Origin: Rhodothermales bacterium
GTDB lineage: Bacteria > Bacteroidota > Rhodothermia > Rhodothermales > VXPQ01
Length of the DNA stretch: 14,748 nucleotides
Assembly: GCA_040904565.1 (NCBI GenBank)
Contig: JBBDTI010000011.1
Coordinates: 1-14,748, forward strand
Direction of reading: 5' to 3'
The notes under the pieces are model-generated. The model had not been told where the DNA came from and ran no database searches. It saw only the letters and a program-made list of their open reading frames with translations. Both the position numbers and the translations under genes were made by a program. This document shows positions 6,256 to 12,093 of this stretch, piece by piece (position 1 is the first letter of the stretch; each line of letters opens with the position of its first letter).

Positions 6256-7518
6256 ATGACAAACCTACCGGAAGCCGGCAACCTCAGTCGACGTAGTTTT
6301 CTAAAGAAGAGCTCGCTGGTCCCGATAACGACCGTGCTGGCCGGGCTGCGCAGCGAGAAGGCGCGAGCCGACGCCTTCGCGGACGACGTGAACGTGGCCG
6401 TGATCGGATTTGGATCCTGGGGTCGCGAGGTCGCCGCGACGCTGGAGCGCATTCCGGAAGTGAGACTCGCCGCGATCGTCGACACGTACAGCGTCATGCT
6501 GACCCGAGCAGAACGCTCCTTCCCGGACGCAGCCACGTATGAAGATTACCGGGCCGTACTGGACGATGCGTCCATTTCGACGGTCCTGATCGCGACGCCG
6601 ACGCATCTGCATCACCAGATCGCCATCGAGGCACTGGATGCCGGTAAGCACGTGTACGTGGAGGCTCCTATGGCTTCGACGGTGGAGGACGCCCGGGCGA
6701 TGGCGCGGGCAGCGCGTGACGCCACGGATCAGATCTACCAGGTGGGCCTTCTATCCCGATCGCATCCAAACTATCGTTCCGTATTTCAGTTCATCCGCAG
6801 CGGCGCGCTGGGCAAGGCCACCATGGCGCGCGCGCAGTGGCACGCCAAGGAGAGCTGGAGGCGGGCCTCTCCGAACCGGGAGCGGGAGATCGCGCAGAAC
6901 TGGCGGCTCGACTCGGACGTATCGACCGGGCTCATCGGAGAGATCGGTACGCATCAGATCGATCCCGCGATGTGGTTCCTGGCGGCACGCCCCGTATCCG
7001 TCGCCGGATTCGGACAGATCATGCTGTGGGACGACGGTCGCAACGTCCCCGACACGATTCAGACCGTGTTCGAGTTCGATAACGACGTCCACATGCTGTA
7101 CGATGCGACACTAACGAGCTCGTTCGACGCCGCTTACGACGTCTACAACGGCCGTGACAGCTCGATCATGTTCCGGGACAACAGAGCGTGGATGTTCAAG
7201 GAGGTTGATGCGCCGCTGCTCGGTTGGGAGGTATATGCGCGGAAGGACAATTTCTACAAGGAAACCGGTATCGCACTGGTCGCCGACGCCACGCAGCTGG
7301 ATGCGCAGGACGTCGACCCGACCGAGGACGACCCCAATCTCGAGACGCCGTTGTGGTATGCCCTGCGGGAGTTCATCGACAATCATGCCTTCGGCCCCTA
7401 TCCCCCGTCGGCGGGTTACGAAGAAGGGTACCGCGCGGCCGTAGTCGCCGTCAAAGCGCACGAGGCGACGATGAACAACGAACGCATTGAGTACGACGAC
7501 GCTCTCTTTGAAATCTAG
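6256..7518 (+). CDS. Gfo/Idh/MocA family oxidoreductase-like protein, Tat-exported, atypical EAP motif (Gfo-2)
   Basis: Tat motif SRRSFLK, then VAVIGFGSWG, VLIATPTHLH, GKHVYVEAPMA, YQVG, NWRL....STGLIGEIGTHQID. 420 aa, starting 12 nt after the apbE stop. Confidence 0.92.
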   Translation: MTNLPEAGNLSRRSFLKKSSLVPITTVLAGLRSEKARADAFADDVNVAVIGFGSWGREVAATLERIPEVRLAAIVDTYSVMLTRAERSFPDAATYEDYRAVLDDASISTVLIATPTHLHHQIAIEALDAGKHVYVEAPMASTVEDARAMARAARDATDQIYQVGLLSRSHPNYRSVFQFIRSGALGKATMARAQWHAKESWRRASPNREREIAQNWRLDSDVSTGLIGEIGTHQIDPAMWFLAARPVSVAGFGQIMLWDDGRNVPDTIQTVFEFDNDVHMLYDATLTSSFDAAYDVYNGRDSSIMFRDNRAWMFKEVDAPLLGWEVYARKDNFYKETGIALVADATQLDAQDVDPTEDDPNLETPLWYALREFIDNHAFGPYPPSAGYEEGYRAAVVAVKAHEATMNNERIEYDDALFEI

Positions 7519-7624
7519 CTCCACCTGCGCGGACACTCCTTATGGTGCCGATCCGAATGCGCAGATTCGGCCTACGCGTCGGCCGCCTTCGTGCCATCTA
7601 AGACACAAAACCCGTTACAGCAGC

Positions 7625-8740
7625 ATGCAGCAAAACGAGCGACCTCGCACCCGACGCGTCTTCTTACAGGAAGCCTCCGCCCTGCTCGGCGGAGCGGCCA
7701 TTGCCGGTATAACCACGTCGCAGGCGGCAGCTTCTTCTCGAAGACGTGCAGCCGGACTCGGAATCGCGCTCGTAGGACTCGGGAATTACGCAACCGGACA
7801 GCTCGCACCGGCGCTTCAGGAGACCGAGCGATGCCATCTGGCCGGCATCGTTACGGGGACGCCGGCGAAGGCCGAGCGCTGGATGCAGGAATACGACATT
7901 CCCACCTCGAACGTATACGATTACGACTCCTTCGACGAGATCGCCGGCAACGCCGACGTCGACATCGTATACGTGGTGCTTCCCAACAGCATGCACCCGG
8001 AATACGTGATCCGTGCGGCGGAGGCCGGGAAACATGTCATCACGGAGAAGCCGATGGCGACGTCCGCGGCCGACTGCGAGCGCATGATCGAAGCCTGCGA
8101 CCGGGCCGGCGTAAAGCTGTCGGTCGGCTATCGCCTGCAATTCGAGCCGCGCCACCAGGAGATCATGCGGCTCGGTCAGGAGGAAGTGTACGGCCCGGTT
8201 ACGGCCGTAGAAGGGAGCTTCGCCTTCACGTACCGGGATACGGACGCCTGGCGCTTCAGCAAGGAAATGGCCGGCGGCGGGGCGCTCCTCGACGTGGGTA
8301 TTTACTCCATTCAGGGCGCACGCTACACGATCGGCGAGGAGCCCGTTAGCGTTCGCGCGTCCGCCTACAACACGCGGCCGGATATCTTTACCGAGATCTA
8401 CGAGACGATCCTTTGGGACATGCAATTCCCGGGTGGCGCCGTCTCGACCCATACCACGTCGTACTCCGGGAACGTGAACCGCCTGTACATGATGTCTACC
8501 CGCGGCTGGGCTGAAATCAATCCGGCTTACAGCTACGGCGGGCTCTCCGGCCGAACGAGCGAAGGTGCCATGGATTTTCCGCAGGTCACGCAGCAAGCCC
8601 TGCAGATGGACGATTTCGCCCGCTGCATCGAAGAAGACGAAGAGAGCCGCGTACCGGGAGAGGAAGGACTGCGAGACATGAAAGTGATCGAAGCGATCTA
8701 TCGTTCCATCGATTCGGGGAGTGAATGGGTAGATGTATAG
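7625..8740 (+). CDS. Glucose-fructose oxidoreductase / aldose-aldose oxidoreductase-like Gfo/Idh/MocA enzyme, Tat-exported
   Basis: Start re-called to ATG 7625 (MQQNERPRTRRVFLQ, Tat). Motifs ALVGLGNYA, DIVYVVLPNSMH, TEKPMA, GYRLQFEP and WR..KEMAGGGALLDVGIY, the DxGIY catalytic Tyr motif of the GFOR subfamily. 371 aa. Confidence 0.92.
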   Translation: MQQNERPRTRRVFLQEASALLGGAAIAGITTSQAAASSRRRAAGLGIALVGLGNYATGQLAPALQETERCHLAGIVTGTPAKAERWMQEYDIPTSNVYDYDSFDEIAGNADVDIVYVVLPNSMHPEYVIRAAEAGKHVITEKPMATSAADCERMIEACDRAGVKLSVGYRLQFEPRHQEIMRLGQEEVYGPVTAVEGSFAFTYRDTDAWRFSKEMAGGGALLDVGIYSIQGARYTIGEEPVSVRASAYNTRPDIFTEIYETILWDMQFPGGAVSTHTTSYSGNVNRLYMMSTRGWAEINPAYSYGGLSGRTSEGAMDFPQVTQQALQMDDFARCIEEDEESRVPGEEGLRDMKVIEAIYRSIDSGSEWVDV

Positions 8741-8780
8741 CACGGAGCCGCACACCATTCCATTCACCCGACCGTTCCGC

Positions 8781-9989
8781 ATGCACGTACTTCTACCTCT
8801 CCTCGCCGCGCTCCTTCTGACCGCTTGCGAGTCCCCAGTCCCCAGGCATGATGCCGCGATGGATACGTCTATCGATTCGTTTCGGACGTTCCAGGAAGAT
8901 CTTGACTTTCTCACAGCTCAAGGAGACGTGCAGCTCCTGCGCGCGCCGAGCGGGGGCGTCGTCGCCGTCTCCGCTCGATACCAGGGTCGCGTAATGACGA
9001 GCGCCGTCTCGCCGGATGGCGTCAGTGCCGGCTACGTCAACCGCGCGTTTATCGAGGCCGGTGAAACGGGTACGCAGTTCGATAATTTCGGAGGCGAAGA
9101 CCGGTTCTGGCTGGGACCGGAAGGCGGCCAGTACGGCATCTATTTCCCTCCGGGCGCAGCGTTTACGCTCGACACGTGGCAGGTGCCCCAGGAGATGCAG
9201 ACGGGTACGTGGGAGGTGACGGCGCAATCGGATACCAGTGTGACCTTCCATTGGTCGATGGCTGTCGTCAACTATAGCGGAACCACGTACGATATGGAGG
9301 TCGAACGGACCGTTCGCCTGCTGAATGCGGACGAGGCGGAGACGTATTTCGGGCAGCGTATTCCGGCCGGTGCCGAATACGTGGCCTTCGAGTCGGTCAA
9401 CCGCGTAACAAACGTCGGTGCTGATGCATGGATGCCCGAGAGCGGCCAGCCCAGTATCTGGATCCTCTGCATGTACCCTCCGCTGGGCACTTCCTGGGTG
9501 GCCGTGCCGTTCGCCGGCCCGACATCCGACTACGTGATTGCCAGCTATTTCGGAGACATTCCCCCGGATCGGCTCGAGATACGTGAGGGATATGCCCTCT
9601 TCAAGGCCGATGGCGCATATCGTAGCAAAATCGGCGTGGCCCCCGCCAATGCCCGCCCGATACTCGGCAGTTTCAGTCCGGCAGCCGAGCTACTCACGCT
9701 GGTGCAGTTCGATCTGCCTGAGGATGCGTCGCGCTACGTCAACAGTCAGTGGGAGATCCAGAACCAACCCTACGCGGGAGACGTCGTTAACAGCTACAAC
9801 GACGGTCCGCCGGGCGCAGGCGGATTCTACGAGATGGAGTCGAGCTCCCCGGCACTCGGACTGGCACCCGGCGATGTCTATACCCACCGGCACCGGACCC
9901 TGCACATCACGGGCAACCGCGATCTACTCGACGAGCTCGCCCGCGACGCACTGGGCACGACCGCTTCGGAGATGGAAGCCGGCATCTAG
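8781..9989 (+). CDS. Conserved lipoprotein of unknown function (probably DUF6786-like)
   Basis: Start at ATG 8781 gives MHVLLPLLAALLLTAC (lipobox). The alternative start at 8733 overlaps the upstream stop. Conserved-looking blocks: YQGRVMTS, NFGGEDRFWLGPEGGQ, SIWILCM, YFGDIPPDRL, FKADG.YRSKIG, YVNSQW, PY.GDVVNSYNDG, FYEMESSSPA. The family name is from recall and was not searched. Confidence 0.75.
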   Translation: MHVLLPLLAALLLTACESPVPRHDAAMDTSIDSFRTFQEDLDFLTAQGDVQLLRAPSGGVVAVSARYQGRVMTSAVSPDGVSAGYVNRAFIEAGETGTQFDNFGGEDRFWLGPEGGQYGIYFPPGAAFTLDTWQVPQEMQTGTWEVTAQSDTSVTFHWSMAVVNYSGTTYDMEVERTVRLLNADEAETYFGQRIPAGAEYVAFESVNRVTNVGADAWMPESGQPSIWILCMYPPLGTSWVAVPFAGPTSDYVIASYFGDIPPDRLEIREGYALFKADGAYRSKIGVAPANARPILGSFSPAAELLTLVQFDLPEDASRYVNSQWEIQNQPYAGDVVNSYNDGPPGAGGFYEMESSSPALGLAPGDVYTHRHRTLHITGNRDLLDELARDALGTTASEMEAGI

Positions 9990-10039
9990 CGACGTATACC
10001 GTATCCCTATGCGGGCCCCCGGTATTCTCCTTAGCCCGT

Positions 10040-11908
10040 CTATTGGCTGGCAGGATGGAGTCCGCCTCCCATCCTGTTCCAAAAGATAAACGTACCGCGG
10101 GTGCCCGACGAGATGACGTCCGGCGCCCCGTCCCCGTTCATGTCCACCACTTCGAATTCGGAACCGACGCCCGACTTATTGTGGATGAGGTCGGGCTCGA
10201 AACGGACACCGCCCGGTGCATCGACGTCGCGCACCGTGCGATACCAGTACACCACGGCTTCCCCATCGTGATCGGCATCCAGGTACTGATTCAGGTGTGA
10301 CCAGTGCCGTTTGCCCGTCACGAAATCCTTCACGCCGTCGCCGTCCATGTCGGCCACGAGGGCTCCTGAATGAACCTGAGAGAAGGCCACGCCACCGGCA
10401 TTCCTGGTGGCGAGATTCTCGAAGATCGTACGCTTCACAAAGGAAATCCCGCCGTCGTCACCGCGGATCTGCTCGTACCAGTAGAGGCCCCGGCTGTGCG
10501 CGTAATTGGATGCGACGACATCGTTAAGTCCATCTCCGTTGAAATCGTAGACGGTAATCGCCCCGCCGCGTCCGAAATTACCCTCGTGGTGCGTCCACGT
10601 CCCCTGATCGGGTCCTGCAGCAGGCTGCTCCCACCATCCGTACTGATTGAGCACGTCGGCACGTCCGTCGCCGTTTACGTCGCCCACTCCGAGTCCGTGT
10701 GCGGTACAGCCGTCTCCGAACGGCTCTGAGATGTGATGAACCGGCCACACGGCCGTCGGGTCGTTCGGATCGGGCTCGCCATACGCGAGTCTTCCGTCAC
10801 CTCCGGAGTACACGAATTCCGGCTCACCGTCATTGTCAACGTCATACTTGATAACGATCTCACTGCATATTTCAGGCAGTGCATCGTAGCGTGTCCAGTG
10901 CCGCCGCTCGCCCTGGGGGTTGACGTAGAGCACGAGGGCACGGCTTTCGGTCGCCAGTACGTCGTCCCACCCGTCCCCCGTGAAGTCTCCACTGAAGGTC
11001 ACCATGTCTGGGACGTACTCCTCGCCCGGATGGTAGGTGCGAGAGCGATAGATTTCGTGACGGGTACGGTAATCCGGCGCGAGGTAATAAAACGGTCCGG
11101 ATACCAGGTCGAGCATCCCGTCGTTATTGATGTCCCCGGCATCGACCCCCCAGGCGTGATAGAATTCGTTCAGCTGCTGCACGCGAAAGTGATAGGAGCT
11201 CCACTCCGGCTCGAAGTCCTGCCGAAGCAGGTTGCGCGTCGATACATCGTCGAACTCGACGCTTCCGGATCCGACGTACAGTCCGATCGGTCCGAACCCG
11301 AAGGTCACTTCTGGATCGTAATGTGCCGGCGCGTTGAACGAACCCGTGGTTTCGAGATCCTGTGCCGAACCCACCGGGAACTCGTGCCATCCATGACCCA
11401 GATCGTGGTGAATGTTGTTGCCCTCCACGGTGACGGACAGATCGTTCCATTCACCAGGCACGATACTTGGTGCGTCGTCTCCGGCCGATTCGCCGGCTGG
11501 TTCGCTTGTCAGGATAGTGCCATCGCTATCGAGCGTGACCCGGAAAACCCTGGAGGTGCCGTCATGGAGACGGACCAGCAGTCCTTTCATTCCCGACGCC
11601 GTCTCCTCGATACGAAGCAACACACCCGCGTCGCACGCTCCGTCGCACCGAAAGCGCGTGAAAAACGCCGCGTCCTCATAACTTCGATCAAACAGAAGCA
11701 TGCCGCCGTCCGAGCCGGCGTTTCCGTGGATAATCCCGTTTTCGGCCGCCCATTCGGCTCCACCAACGGCCTGCCATTCCTGAAGCTCGGACCCCTCGAA
11801 CGTATAGCGGGGAACGAAATGCGGCGCGGGACTCATCTGCCCGATGGCCGATATCGGCAGCAACGTGGCGATCAGCACCGTCAGTGCGAATACGTGTCTC
11901 ATAAACAT
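10040..11908 (-). CDS. Secreted fusion: DUF1080-like (3-ketoglycoside hydrolase-type beta-sandwich) domain + seven FG-GAP/VCBS-type repeats
   Basis: Start re-called to ATG 11908 or 11902 (MFMRHVFALTVLIATLLPISAIG-Q signal). N-domain FEG..L..W...GGAEW.AENG.IHG...L...RSYED...GEWN...V.V.G...GPIGL...VEF. Seven DxxxDG Ca-binding repeats: DINNDG, DFTGDG, DVDNDG, DVNGDG, DFNGDG, DMDGDG, DMNGDG. Confidence 0.85.
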   Translation of the reverse strand: MFMRHVFALTVLIATLLPISAIGQMSPAPHFVPRYTFEGSELQEWQAVGGAEWAAENGIIHGNAGSDGGMLLFDRSYEDAAFFTRFRCDGACDAGVLLRIEETASGMKGLLVRLHDGTSRVFRVTLDSDGTILTSEPAGESAGDDAPSIVPGEWNDLSVTVEGNNIHHDLGHGWHEFPVGSAQDLETTGSFNAPAHYDPEVTFGFGPIGLYVGSGSVEFDDVSTRNLLRQDFEPEWSSYHFRVQQLNEFYHAWGVDAGDINNDGMLDLVSGPFYYLAPDYRTRHEIYRSRTYHPGEEYVPDMVTFSGDFTGDGWDDVLATESRALVLYVNPQGERRHWTRYDALPEICSEIVIKYDVDNDGEPEFVYSGGDGRLAYGEPDPNDPTAVWPVHHISEPFGDGCTAHGLGVGDVNGDGRADVLNQYGWWEQPAAGPDQGTWTHHEGNFGRGGAITVYDFNGDGLNDVVASNYAHSRGLYWYEQIRGDDGGISFVKRTIFENLATRNAGGVAFSQVHSGALVADMDGDGVKDFVTGKRHWSHLNQYLDADHDGEAVVYWYRTVRDVDAPGGVRFEPDLIHNKSGVGSEFEVVDMNGDGAPDVISSGTRGTFIFWNRMGGGLHPASQ

Positions 11909-12029
11909 GCGATTATTCCGTTCGTGCAAGGGTAACGATTGGAAGGCGTGCGATCCAGACAGACTTAAAAGGGGCTGCGGTCGTCGAAGTACGGTCGTCG
12001 GAAAGCAGCCCAAGGTACGTGTGAACGTA

Positions 12030-12092
12030 TACGTGGGCGTCACGGCATAGAAGTCGATAGCAACTGAATGGTACGTGCCGGCGTCACGGCAT
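12030..12092. repeat. Intergenic direct repeat TACGTG(CC)GGCGTCACGGCAT x2
   Basis: Exact 13-mer GGCGTCACGGCAT at 12036-12048 and 12080-12092. Each copy is preceded by TACGTG. Confidence 0.65.
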
Positions 12093-12093
12093 G

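Noticed and set aside
7487-7624. ORF-track N-terminal extensions (7487 start; also 12043 start of the FG-GAP fusion)
   Set aside because: Downstream ATGs (7625; 11908/11902) place the signal peptides at the N-terminus. The extensions look non-coding.
7664-8914. 416-aa - strand ORF (likewise 10733-11935 +, 13213-14193 +, 4650-5516 -, 5272-6036 -)
   Set aside because: Antisense shadows of well-supported genes, expected from high-GC codon bias.
9996-10025. ATACCG/CGGTAT hairpin between convergent operons (also CCGAAT/ATTCGG at 7553-7570)
   Set aside because: Only 6-bp stems without U-tracts, too weak to call as terminators.
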